A stretch of 64,000 bases of DNA from a virus. Its lineage: Duplodnaviria > Caudoviricetes. The stretch is from positions 50,356 to 114,355 of the IMG/VR virus record IMGVR_UViG_3300021952_000001; one strand, given 5' to 3'. Below, piece after piece: positions 41,412-50,694 of this stretch. The notes beneath the pieces are model-generated. The model worked only from the letters and a program-made list of their open reading frames with translations, was not told the origin of the DNA and searched no databases. Every line of letters starts with the position of its first letter. The first letter of the stretch is position 1. The position numbers were made by a program, and so were the translations under genes.

Positions 41412-43256
41412 ATGAATCCATTTTGCGAAGCTGCTCCCTGTCCTATCATATTAAGCACCACCTGCGTATTTTACGAAGGAGGTAATTTAATATGTACTGG
41501 AATTAATACTAATGACACTTTAGAAATGGCTCTGATCAAAATTGATCAAGCTATTTGTGGTGTTAGTGGAACATCTGGTACGTCAGGTACTAGTGGTTTA
41601 ACAGGAACATCTGGAACCTCTGGGACTCATGGTAGTTCTGGTACATCTGCTACAAGTGGTAGTTCAGGAACTTCTGGTACAACTGGTACTAGTGGAACCT
41701 CTGGTAGTGCTGGAACATCAGGAACATCAGGAGAGAATGGAGATAGATATAGAACTCCTTCCTATTCAACATTTGACATGTGCGATCCTGCATTAATTGT
41801 TGTTAATTCAGAATTAGCATATAGTGTAGGACAAACTATTATTATAGCCCATGATCAAAATAATTCATTTGAAGCTACAGTAACATCATATAATCCATCT
41901 ACAGGAGAATTAGCATTTATAAACCCAGTTAATTGTGTTGGATCAGGAACTTATTCTTCTTGGACAATCAATCTTGCTGGTGCCTCTGGTGGGGATGGAA
42001 GTTCTGGGACTTCTGGAAGCTCAGGGTTAACAGGTTCACATGGAACAAGTGGTAGCTCTGGAACTACAGGTACAAGTGGAAGTAGTGGATTAACTGGTTC
42101 TTCAGGGACTGCTGGTACTTCTGGTAGTTCTGCTATTAATGGTACAAGTGGAACTAGTGGAAATAGTGGGTCTAGTGGTACATCAGGTATTACTGGTACC
42201 TCTGGATCAAACGGTTCTTCAGGTTCTTCTGGTAGTAGTGGTACACATGGTACATCAGGCACCTCTGGAGCTGATGGTGGTAATGGATCAAGTGGAACAT
42301 CAGGGTCTCACGGATCTAGTGGTACTTCAGGATTAAATGGTACATTTGGTACCTCTGGTAGTAACGGTAGAAATGGAACATCAGGTACTAGTGGAATAAA
42401 CGGTACATTTGGAACTTCAGGAAGTAATGGATCTAGCGGTACCAACGGTACTAGTGGAACTACAGGATCTAGTGGTACAACTGGTTCTCATGGAACTAGT
42501 GGCTCATCAGGGACTAATGGTTCTGCTGGAACTTCTGGATCTAACGGATCAAATGGAACTAGTGGAAGCAATGGTTCTTCTGGAACACATGGCTCTAATG
42601 GTACCTCAGGTACATCAGGTTTTAACGGTACTAATGGTACCAATGGAACAAGTGGTACACGAGGAAGTAATGGTACTTCAGGAAGCTCTGGAACTAGTGC
42701 TACCTCTGGTACAAGTGGAAGTAATGGTTCTGATGGTACTTCGGGAACAACAGGTACTTCAGGATCTAATGGTTCAAACGGTACATCTGGTACCACAGGA
42801 ACATCAGGAACTACAGGTACTAGTGGAACATCTGCAACAGATGGTACTGGAGGTACAAGCGGAACTAGTGGTACAACTGGAACATCAGGTAGTTCAGGAA
42901 CAACAGGAACCAGTGGTTCTTCAGGAGCTACATTTTCATATAGAGGAAACTCTACAAGTTGTATAACTCTTCCTTTATCATTATGTACAACTACTACTAC
43001 ATCCAGTACATCTAGTACAACTACAACTACTAGTACAACAATAGCACCATTATCGTGCACTAAGTGGACATTCACTGCACCAACTGAAAATCCTGGAGAT
43101 TCAGCAACTGTAAATTATATAGATTGTTCAAATATAGAACAATCTGTAACATTGACTTATGGAGAGTATCCAATAGAAATTTGTGTATATTCAATAGTAT
43201 CAACATCTTTATGTTGTGGAGCATTCTTAGGTGACACTTATGTTCCATGTAGCTAA
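41412..43256 (+). CDS. Collagen-like (G-x-S)n fibre protein, proximal
   Basis: Long GTS/GSS/GSN triplet runs, one globular insert, Thr tract and Cys-rich C-module. Confidence 0.75.
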   Translation: MNPFCEAAPCPIILSTTCVFYEGGNLICTGINTNDTLEMALIKIDQAICGVSGTSGTSGTSGLTGTSGTSGTHGSSGTSATSGSSGTSGTTGTSGTSGSAGTSGTSGENGDRYRTPSYSTFDMCDPALIVVNSELAYSVGQTIIIAHDQNNSFEATVTSYNPSTGELAFINPVNCVGSGTYSSWTINLAGASGGDGSSGTSGSSGLTGSHGTSGSSGTTGTSGSSGLTGSSGTAGTSGSSAINGTSGTSGNSGSSGTSGITGTSGSNGSSGSSGSSGTHGTSGTSGADGGNGSSGTSGSHGSSGTSGLNGTFGTSGSNGRNGTSGTSGINGTFGTSGSNGSSGTNGTSGTTGSSGTTGSHGTSGSSGTNGSAGTSGSNGSNGTSGSNGSSGTHGSNGTSGTSGFNGTNGTNGTSGTRGSNGTSGSSGTSATSGTSGSNGSDGTSGTTGTSGSNGSNGTSGTTGTSGTTGTSGTSATDGTGGTSGTSGTTGTSGSSGTTGTSGSSGATFSYRGNSTSCITLPLSLCTTTTTSSTSSTTTTTSTTIAPLSCTKWTFTAPTENPGDSATVNYIDCSNIEQSVTLTYGEYPIEICVYSIVSTSLCCGAFLGDTYVPCS

Positions 43257-45120
43257 TAAATAAAACTAAAATAAAAATATAATGAGTTGTCCATCTTCTC
43301 CATATTGCGATTTAACAATTACTATCTCTTCAGGACTAGCTTATGGTCCTGGGGACTTTTTAATGTTATATTGTGACAATTGTAATTACATAAACGGTCA
43401 AGTTGTATCATATAATCCTTCTACTGGAGAGTTAGTAATCACTCCAGATAAATTTGTAGGAAGTGGTGAATGCTGTAATTGGACTGTTAACTTATCAGGA
43501 GTTCCTGGAGTTAATGGTACTAGCGGTAGCAGTGGTACAAGAGGTTCTAATGGTACGTCTGGCACTTCAGGTACTAGTGGTACTGATGGAACAGGAGGTA
43601 CTTCTGGAACATCTGGTACATCAGCTATTGATGGTACTTCAGGCTCTAGTGGATCTTCAGGCACAGATGGAACTGGAGGAAGCTCTGGTAGCTCAGGAAC
43701 TTCGGGAACTAATGGTACTGGGGGAACTAGTGGTACGTCAGGTACAAGTGCAATAGATGGAACTAGTGGAACTAGTGGGAGTTCAGGAACCAGTGGGTCT
43801 AATGGATCTGATGGTACCTCTGGAACTTCTGGGACTACTGGAACCAGTGGTACTAGTGGCTCTAGTGGAACAAGCGGTACAACAGGAACAAGTGGAACTG
43901 GAGGTACTAGTGGTGTAGATGGAGTGAGTGGTGGTAGAGTTTATTATTTTAATAATAGTCAAAACTCTTCTATTTCTCCATATAAAGCATTATCTACTAC
44001 TCCTACAACAACTGGATTACAAACTGTCACTCTTACAATGGCTGGTAATCAACATGATGACCTTGTCCAATCATTTATTAGTGATCAATTTGGATTTACA
44101 ATTATTCCATCAGGTGTACAGAGATTTCACTTACATGCAATGAAACCTCAAGCTAATGATGATATACAAGTTTACGTAACATTACAATTAGCTAATTCAA
44201 CAGGAACTCCTTATGGATCTTTAATAACATCATCTCCTTCTATTATTAGTTGGAATGGTATGGGAATTATATCAGAAACTAATCTTGATGTAGTATTTCC
44301 TCATACTGCTGTAGCTGCTACAGATAGAATGATTGTTAAGATTTATTTTAGTAACTATGAGAGTACATCAAAAGTTGTTTCTTGGTATACAGAAGATAGT
44401 GAATATTCATATGTAACAACATCTATTGCTGCTGCAGCTGGAACTAATGGTACTTCTGGTACTACAGGGACCTCTGGTTCGTCAGGTACAACAGGTACAT
44501 CTGGAAGTTCTGGATTTACAGGATCTGATGGGACATCAGGAAGTAGTGGTGTTAATGGAACCAGTGGAACAACTGGTACTAGTGGGTCATCTGGCTCTTC
44601 TGGTATTGATGGGACTAGTGGAACGTCAGGAATAAATGGTACAAGTGGCACAAGTGGAATTAATGGAACTAGTGGATCTTCTGGTCTAAATGGATCTTCA
44701 GGAAGTTCAGGAATAAATGGTACGTCAGGAACATCTGGTGTGAATGGTACAAGTGGTACAGCAGGTACGTCAGGAGTAAATGGAACTAGTGGTGTAAACG
44801 GTACTTCAGGATCTTCAGGGTCAAGTGGAATAAATGGTACCAGTGGTATTAATGGAACGTCTGGTTCTTCTGGTGTTAATGGTACATCAGGAATCAATGG
44901 TACTTCTGGAGTGAACGGAACAAGTGGAGTTAATGGATCAAATGGAACCAGTGGCTTTAATGGTACAAGTGGTGTAAGTGGAACTTCAGGAGTTTCTGGT
45001 ACATCAGGTGTATCAGGCACAAGTGGTGTGAATGGAACATCTGGTAGTTCAGGAGTTAATGGAACCTCAGGAGTTAATGGAACAAGTGGATCTAGTGGTG
45101 TTTCTGGTACTAGTGGTACA
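41560..45120 (+). repeat. 9-bp-period degenerate coding repeats encoding G-T-S/G-S-S/G-x-N
   Basis: Blocks at approx. 41560-41735, 41980-42925, 43498-43930 and 44440-45120 with synonymous variation. Confidence 0.85.
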
Positions 45121-46623
45121 ACACCTACAACAGCAGTTTATGCAACAAATTCATCAAAACTATATTCAACAGATGCAGCTTATGCATATGGTAGTGCTAA
45201 TCCATATTATGGATATTTAACTTATAATTCATCTGCTAACAGATGGAGATTTAAAGCAAGTCCAGCTACTCCAGATTCAGTTGAAGTTGCTTATTCAGAT
45301 ACTTCAGGTGATGCTGCAAGTTTAGGTGGAATTGCAGCAGATAGACAAGTTTTTGGAGATAATGCTAATGGTAGATCTAAAGGAATGAGTAGTGGTAATG
45401 CCAACACATCTGATAGTTCTAACTCTTCTGGATTTTATTTTGGAACAAGTGTTACTGGAATGCCTAGTACTGATTGGTGGAATTGGCTTACTGTAGCTGG
45501 AGGTTCTTGGTCAGGTTCAGATGGATATAGATGGCAGATGACTGGATCTTTTTGGAGTGATGACTGGAGACTTAGAAGAATGACTTCTGGTTCATGGAAC
45601 AGTTGGGTATCTATATTGCATTCTGGAAATTATTCTAGCTATTCTAACTTTAGTGGAGCTGTATATGGAACTATTTATTACGATTATAATAATACTGGTT
45701 ATTACTTGGATCCAGCGTCTACTAGTAACTTAAATGTGGTAGATGTTGCAAATAGATTGCAAGCACCATGGATAGGAGTAAATAACTCATCTAGTACTTC
45801 AGGTAATGGATTATCATTGTATGGAGCTAACTATGGGGGAGGTCAACCTACTTATGGTATAATGTTTGCTGGAACAGCAACATTTGGTACTTTTGGAGCT
45901 GTATCAGCAGATTGGGCTACATACTTTACTATGGATTCAACAGCTAATAGAGGTTGGATATTTAGAAATACAACAAATGGAAATGTTGCTTCTATAAGTA
46001 ATTCAGGAAGAATAACAGCTACAAATCCAGGTGCTGATTCTATATCTACAGGTGGGTCTGTAGGAGTAGCTCCATTTACTGGAAATAGTAATGGAGGATT
46101 AACAGCTAATGCTGATTACTTTTACCCACTTATTCAAGGATATAGTACAACAACAGCAGGATATGCTAATACTACACAGTTTGGATATGTTAGACCTATT
46201 GCTAGTGACAATGGATACGGTGCCATTAAACTTACAGGAGATGGTGCATTATCAACACCTAAGATATGGAAATTTAATAATAATGGTGATTTTACTTCTC
46301 CTGGTGATGTCATAGCATACTCAGATGCTAGATTAAAAGAAAATATAAAGACTATAGAAAACGCTGTATCAAAAATACAATCTATAAGAGGAGTTACATT
46401 TAACAGAAATGATATTAACCCTGATGGAGATAGCACAATATATATGGGAGTTATAGCTCAAGAATTATTAAATGTAATACCAGAGGTTGTTAGAATTGAT
46501 GAAAAAGATAAATACTCAGTAGCATATGGTAACTTAGCTGGATTATTTATCGAAGCAATAAAAGAACAACAAACACAAATAGAAGAATTAAAACAATTAG
46601 TTAACCAATTAATAAATAAATAA
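43282..46623 (+). CDS. Tail fibre with (G-x-S)n collagen-like shaft and C-terminal intramolecular chaperone (peptidase S74)
   Basis: YSDARLKENI...IRGVTF...GVIAQE...PEVV...V.Y...IEAIKE chaperone signature and terminal coiled coil. Confidence 0.88.
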   Translation: MSCPSSPYCDLTITISSGLAYGPGDFLMLYCDNCNYINGQVVSYNPSTGELVITPDKFVGSGECCNWTVNLSGVPGVNGTSGSSGTRGSNGTSGTSGTSGTDGTGGTSGTSGTSAIDGTSGSSGSSGTDGTGGSSGSSGTSGTNGTGGTSGTSGTSAIDGTSGTSGSSGTSGSNGSDGTSGTSGTTGTSGTSGSSGTSGTTGTSGTGGTSGVDGVSGGRVYYFNNSQNSSISPYKALSTTPTTTGLQTVTLTMAGNQHDDLVQSFISDQFGFTIIPSGVQRFHLHAMKPQANDDIQVYVTLQLANSTGTPYGSLITSSPSIISWNGMGIISETNLDVVFPHTAVAATDRMIVKIYFSNYESTSKVVSWYTEDSEYSYVTTSIAAAAGTNGTSGTTGTSGSSGTTGTSGSSGFTGSDGTSGSSGVNGTSGTTGTSGSSGSSGIDGTSGTSGINGTSGTSGINGTSGSSGLNGSSGSSGINGTSGTSGVNGTSGTAGTSGVNGTSGVNGTSGSSGSSGINGTSGINGTSGSSGVNGTSGINGTSGVNGTSGVNGSNGTSGFNGTSGVSGTSGVSGTSGVSGTSGVNGTSGSSGVNGTSGVNGTSGSSGVSGTSGTTPTTAVYATNSSKLYSTDAAYAYGSANPYYGYLTYNSSANRWRFKASPATPDSVEVAYSDTSGDAASLGGIAADRQVFGDNANGRSKGMSSGNANTSDSSNSSGFYFGTSVTGMPSTDWWNWLTVAGGSWSGSDGYRWQMTGSFWSDDWRLRRMTSGSWNSWVSILHSGNYSSYSNFSGAVYGTIYYDYNNTGYYLDPASTSNLNVVDVANRLQAPWIGVNNSSSTSGNGLSLYGANYGGGQPTYGIMFAGTATFGTFGAVSADWATYFTMDSTANRGWIFRNTTNGNVASISNSGRITATNPGADSISTGGSVGVAPFTGNSNGGLTANADYFYPLIQGYSTTTAGYANTTQFGYVRPIASDNGYGAIKLTGDGALSTPKIWKFNNNGDFTSPGDVIAYSDARLKENIKTIENAVSKIQSIRGVTFNRNDINPDGDSTIYMGVIAQELLNVIPEVVRIDEKDKYSVAYGNLAGLFIEAIKEQQTQIEELKQLVNQLINK

Positions 46624-46988
46624 TGGCAATAACATTCACATTCTTAACAGATGACACAATGAAACTGGAGATAGCTCCAGTGTTGGGAGAATTAACAGAC
46701 GTAGTAACAAGAGTTAGATATAACTATGTTGGTATAAACGAAGATGGTATTGAAGGTGTCTTTATAGGAGCAACTCCTATGCCTCTTCCTACAGATACAG
46801 AAAACTATATTCCTTTTGCAGACTTACAACCAGAAAATGTTGTAGCTTGGTTAGAGGCTGTTTCTGATAAAGTACATATGCAAGAGCGTATTACAAAACA
46901 GATTGAAGCTCAAATAGCTCCTAAGTATGAACCAGTACCTTCTCCTTGGGCACCAACAACAACTAGTACTACCACTTTACTAATCTAA
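46623..46988 (+). CDS. Tail-fibre-associated small protein with Thr tail
   Basis: YIPFADL...V..WL, PW near the C-terminus; translationally coupled to the fibre gene. Confidence 0.55.
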   Translation: MAITFTFLTDDTMKLEIAPVLGELTDVVTRVRYNYVGINEDGIEGVFIGATPMPLPTDTENYIPFADLQPENVVAWLEAVSDKVHMQERITKQIEAQIAPKYEPVPSPWAPTTTSTTTLLI

Positions 46989-46994
46989 TAACAA

Positions 46995-47831
46995 ATGGCA
47001 TTACCAAGTTCAGGACCTTTATCGATTTCTCAAATTCATACAGCATTAGGTAGCTCTAGTTATTCATTGCACACATTAAGTGTTGCAGCTGGAAAGACTA
47101 CTCCTGATGCTATATCTGAATTTTATGGATACAGTTCACTAACTTATGTATATTTATATTATGGAAGTACAAAAACTATAGCTTGTAGTGGAGTATCAGC
47201 AGGATATTTTTATATAAATTCATCTGATTTAAGTACAGCAACTAAGATTTATACTAATTCAGGAGGAACTACATACGCTTCTACTGCATTTTATTCTGAT
47301 GGAAGTATAGCTAGATCATGGAGTAGTAGTACTACTGTTTTAGCAGCAGCAAGTGCTTGTGTTATATGTTTTGTAGAAGGAACTTTAATAACACTTGTGA
47401 ATGGACAACAGGTACCAATAGAAAATCTTTATGTTGATCAGTTATTAATGTCATCTAATATAAGTACATTAACAGATACAAATGATGTAGAAGAACTTTA
47501 TAAATGGAATACTTATAATTTACAAGAATCAAGAATAGATTCTCCTATTATTAAAATTGAAAAACAAACTGCTGATCAAACTGTTATGATAAATGATGGA
47601 TTATTAGAAGCAACTCCTTTCCATAGTCAATTATATAAAAGAGATGGTTTATGGAGATTTGATACTATAGGATCTATTCAAATTGGAGATTATTTATATG
47701 ATATTAATAAAAATGAAATAGAAGTAACTTCTGTTAAATTTAATAAAGAAATTAAAACAATATATCCATTATCATTATCTCCTTCACATACTTATTTTGC
47801 AAATAATATACTTACTCATAATATCAAGTAA
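46995..47831 (+). CDS. Fibre-associated protein with C-terminal Hint (intein-like) domain
   Basis: CFVEGTLI (Cys codon at 47367), ATPFH block B, terminal HTYFANNILTHN + IK. Confidence 0.8.
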   Translation: MALPSSGPLSISQIHTALGSSSYSLHTLSVAAGKTTPDAISEFYGYSSLTYVYLYYGSTKTIACSGVSAGYFYINSSDLSTATKIYTNSGGTTYASTAFYSDGSIARSWSSSTTVLAAASACVICFVEGTLITLVNGQQVPIENLYVDQLLMSSNISTLTDTNDVEELYKWNTYNLQESRIDSPIIKIEKQTADQTVMINDGLLEATPFHSQLYKRDGLWRFDTIGSIQIGDYLYDINKNEIEVTSVKFNKEIKTIYPLSLSPSHTYFANNILTHNIK

Positions 47832-48172
47832 TGAATTATAAAATAGATAAATCTGATTTAAATAATATTAAAATAGTATCTACATCTAATATTAATATAG
47901 ATACTATTATTGGTAAATGGGTAACTAAAGAGGCTCAAAGTGAAGAGTCAAGATATCTTTGGCAAAAAGAAACAATGCAGGAACCCTGGAATGAAACAGA
48001 TGATTTAGGAAGATATACTAATCATTCTGATAATCCAAATACAAATGTTGAATTAATTGATGATTGTATAGTAATGATATCAAATAAAAATATACCAAAT
48101 GAAGTAGAAATAACTGTTGATTATAGAACATTATTTGATTTAATAGGATATATTCCAAATATTAATTTTTAA
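47831..48172 (+). CDS. SET-domain protein (putative lysine methyltransferase)
   Basis: LGRYTNHSDNPN (RxxNHSxxPN) and EITVDY motifs; N-terminal GxG motif is degenerate. Confidence 0.7.
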   Translation: MNYKIDKSDLNNIKIVSTSNINIDTIIGKWVTKEAQSEESRYLWQKETMQEPWNETDDLGRYTNHSDNPNTNVELIDDCIVMISNKNIPNEVEITVDYRTLFDLIGYIPNINF

Positions 48173-48186
48173 TAAAAAATTAATAT

Positions 48187-48194
48187 TATCTTTG
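48187..48194 (+). promoter_or_regulatory. Bacteroidota -7 box
   Basis: TATCTTTG about 20 nt before the ATG at 48215. Confidence 0.5.
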
Positions 48195-48214
48195 TAATAT
48201 AAATCAACAATATT

Positions 48215-48403
48215 ATGGAAAACATGACTGTAAATGATGCGTTGGGTATATTGATCCAAGCTGCTAATGATGCTCAATTAAGAGGAGCATTTACATTACA
48301 ACAAGCTGTTGCAATTGCTAAAGCTATTGAGGTGATATCAACACCACTAGATCAGAGACCAGAAGGTCCTATGAAGGATAAGGTTGTAAAAGCAAACGCA
48401 TAA
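48215..48403 (+). CDS. Hypothetical protein
   Basis: 62 aa ORF with an upstream promoter box and a downstream terminator. Confidence 0.6.
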   Translation: MENMTVNDALGILIQAANDAQLRGAFTLQQAVAIAKAIEVISTPLDQRPEGPMKDKVVKANA

Positions 48404-48437
48404 AATAAAAGCTCCTAATTAAGGAGCTTTTTTATTT
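48402..48437. terminator. Bidirectional terminator between convergent genes
   Basis: AAAAGCTCCT-AATTA-AGGAGCTTTT with A/T tracts on both sides. Confidence 0.7.
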
Positions 48438-50502
48438 CTGTAATAACCATCTCTGGTGTTATTTCTTTGTGACATTCAAATTGTCTGTCTGTACCCTTAT
48501 GTACAGGACACCAATCCCAATCTCCTCTATCAAACTTATATTTAGGATCATTCCAACATCCATAACATACATTGGTATTAGTCACTCTATGACAACTGAA
48601 TTCATGACCTTCTTCTGTAAAGTTAGAAATCATTATAACAGGAGTTTCTAATGCCCAGGCTAACCATGATAATCCACTAGATAGTCCAATGAAGAACTTG
48701 CTATTAGATATAGCTGTGATCGTATTATCCATACTTGTATTAAGAAGTGGTTGACAGTTATCAAAAGGATTAGATTCTTTAGATGTATTGATTACTAACC
48801 AGCCTTCTCCATGTAAATAGTTAATTACTTCTTGCCAGCCCTCTCTAGTCCAGAACTTACATCCTGCTGTACTATTAGTAGCTATTGTAATGTATCCACT
48901 AACACTATCATCTTTATGATCTATAATCTCAGGTTTTATTTCTGTGTACTCAAGACCTAAAATATTTGTAGCTGCCATTTGTAATGGTATAGTGTTTGGT
49001 AATGTAGGTTCCTTGTTATAATCATAGAACCAACCAATTTTATACATCCCATACAAGTTAGTAACTATGGATCCTGGTTCAACAAATTCAATCTCTGGGT
49101 ACTGAGATTCAAACAAGAAGTTTTTGAATGTAGAAACAATCATTTTACAATGATGCTTCTTTCTGAATTCTTCTACATAAGGCATCCAAGCAATATTATC
49201 TCCTAATGAAGAACTATCAAAAGCAATATACACTCTTTGATCTGCATAGTTTAATAAGTTAGTATACACTAGCTCATCATCTTTATACACTTTAGTTGTC
49301 CATTGTGTGTAATATTCTCTACTAAGTTTTACCCAGTGATTAATCTTCACTACATCTCTATGGAATAAGTTATCTGTTTCATCATAGAATTCGATAGTAA
49401 AATTACTATCACTTGTTCCTGTAATTTCTATAAATGGTTGACCTACAAAGTGTTGCGTAATCTTATAATCTTTTACATCATTTTTCATAATATCAAATTC
49501 TGTTACCACTCTATATAGTGACATTAATTTATTTCTAAAATTAGCTGTTGTGTTATTCTTAAGAATATCATAAGTTGTTTTATCTTCAAGAAGATCTGAC
49601 AATTGATTCTTTAGTTTTCTTGGATCTAGATTTGTAATGTATCTAGTGAACATATTCTTGTACTGAGGAAGATTTCTAGCTAAGATCTTCTTACCCTTAG
49701 ATATAGCTTCTCTTATTACCAAAGGATTACATTCCCATGTGCTGTTGAACATAAACACATCTGCTGCATCTATAAATCTATCAGCATCACTTCTTTCTCC
49801 CCATATCTTTACATTATCTGGAACTCCAGCTTTCATCAATGGTCCCCAATAGTGTTCAAAGTTTCCAGCTTGATTACCTACAAAATGAAATGCTACATCT
49901 GGCATTTGTCTAGCTAGTTCTAACATTTCACCTTGATTCTTACCAGGAGTCCAAAGACCAACATTCACAACATGCTTCATTTTAAGATTCATACCTAAAG
50001 CTATCTTAGTTTCATATACATCTTCTTCAGATAATCTATAATCATCAATAGGAAACTCTATAACACTATACATAGATGGCATCTTACCAAATGTATCTAC
50101 ATGGTAAGGAGTACAGAATGCATAATAGTCTGGATGAAATATTTTTTCTTCATCTGGATTGAATGATACATCATGACATGTTTCTACAATACGATAGGTC
50201 CTATTGTTATCATATAGCTTAGTAATCATCCTTCTATCCAATCTTTCTGATGGTTCGTGTATATGAATTACATCTGGTTTGAATTCTTCTATTACATTGA
50301 ATAGTTCCATCTTATCTTCATGTAATGTATATACAGGAACAAGATCCATAATGGCATTACGTTGTACTACATAATCAAGACTATGACATGCATATTCTAC
50401 AACGCATATTTCAACATCATCTTTAAGTGTCTCTATTGTTTTCAATAGAAAAGCTGGCATTCCTCCTGTAGATAAATGAGGTGCTAGATATAGTATTTTC
50501 AT
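48415..50502 (-). CDS. Fusion: GT4 glycosyltransferase + Aah/TibC-type protein O-heptosyltransferase
   Basis: GT4 EX7E (ECNPLVIRE) and HLSTGG; SLGDNIAW, FFIGLSSGLSWLAWA and the iron-finger CYGCWND...WCP.HKGTDRQFEC; ATG at 50502 preferred because the tracked TTG overlaps the -7 box. Confidence 0.85.
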   Translation of the reverse strand: MKILYLAPHLSTGGMPAFLLKTIETLKDDVEICVVEYACHSLDYVVQRNAIMDLVPVYTLHEDKMELFNVIEEFKPDVIHIHEPSERLDRRMITKLYDNNRTYRIVETCHDVSFNPDEEKIFHPDYYAFCTPYHVDTFGKMPSMYSVIEFPIDDYRLSEEDVYETKIALGMNLKMKHVVNVGLWTPGKNQGEMLELARQMPDVAFHFVGNQAGNFEHYWGPLMKAGVPDNVKIWGERSDADRFIDAADVFMFNSTWECNPLVIREAISKGKKILARNLPQYKNMFTRYITNLDPRKLKNQLSDLLEDKTTYDILKNNTTANFRNKLMSLYRVVTEFDIMKNDVKDYKITQHFVGQPFIEITGTSDSNFTIEFYDETDNLFHRDVVKINHWVKLSREYYTQWTTKVYKDDELVYTNLLNYADQRVYIAFDSSSLGDNIAWMPYVEEFRKKHHCKMIVSTFKNFLFESQYPEIEFVEPGSIVTNLYGMYKIGWFYDYNKEPTLPNTIPLQMAATNILGLEYTEIKPEIIDHKDDSVSGYITIATNSTAGCKFWTREGWQEVINYLHGEGWLVINTSKESNPFDNCQPLLNTSMDNTITAISNSKFFIGLSSGLSWLAWALETPVIMISNFTEEGHEFSCHRVTNTNVCYGCWNDPKYKFDRGDWDWCPVHKGTDRQFECHKEITPEMVITEIKKLLN

Positions 50503-50520
50503 GAGCTTGGTTTTAAAAAT

Positions 50521-50528
50521 CAAAGATA
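50521..50528 (-). promoter_or_regulatory. Bacteroidota -7 box for the glycosyltransferase gene
   Basis: Reverse strand TATCTTTG, 18 nt upstream of the ATG. Confidence 0.6.
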
Positions 50529-50549
50529 TAAAAAATATTTTTACGTTAT

Positions 50550-50612
50550 GCTATATTATGCATAATAGTTATTTTCAGGGCTTTATATTTATAATATAAT
50601 AAATTACATTTG
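50550..50612 (+). promoter_or_regulatory. GCTATATTAT motif plus -7 box for the lysis/envelope operon
   Basis: GCTATATTAT 50550-50559; TACATTTG 50605-50612; same 55-nt offset as at 41295. Confidence 0.6.
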
Positions 50613-50694
50613 TTGTTCAATTATATATAACCAACACACCCAGTCAGAACAGGCTGGGCATTTTGCGTTACATTAACTTTTACGGAATATTAAC

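Noticed and set aside
41951-45020. Long reverse-strand Pro/Val-rich and alternate-frame ORFs
   Set aside because: Shadow ORFs arising from the repetitive sense-strand codons
41560-45120. Repeat arrays as CRISPR or satellite DNA
   Set aside because: Period is 9 bp with synonymous variation and no repeat-spacer structure; fully explained by G-x-S coding
47367-47822. Canonical splicing intein or mobile element
   Set aside because: No homing endonuclease, no C/S/T at +1, only two residues after His-Asn
43282-47831. Diversity-generating retroelement targeting the fibres
   Set aside because: No reverse transcriptase and no adenine-variant TR/VR pair noticed in this window; a dot-plot with the rest of the genome would be needed to exclude it fully
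50503-50523. Tracked TTG start of the glycosyltransferase ORF
   Set aside because: It lies within the -7 promoter box; ATG at 50502 gives a typical GT4 N-terminus (MKILYLAPH)
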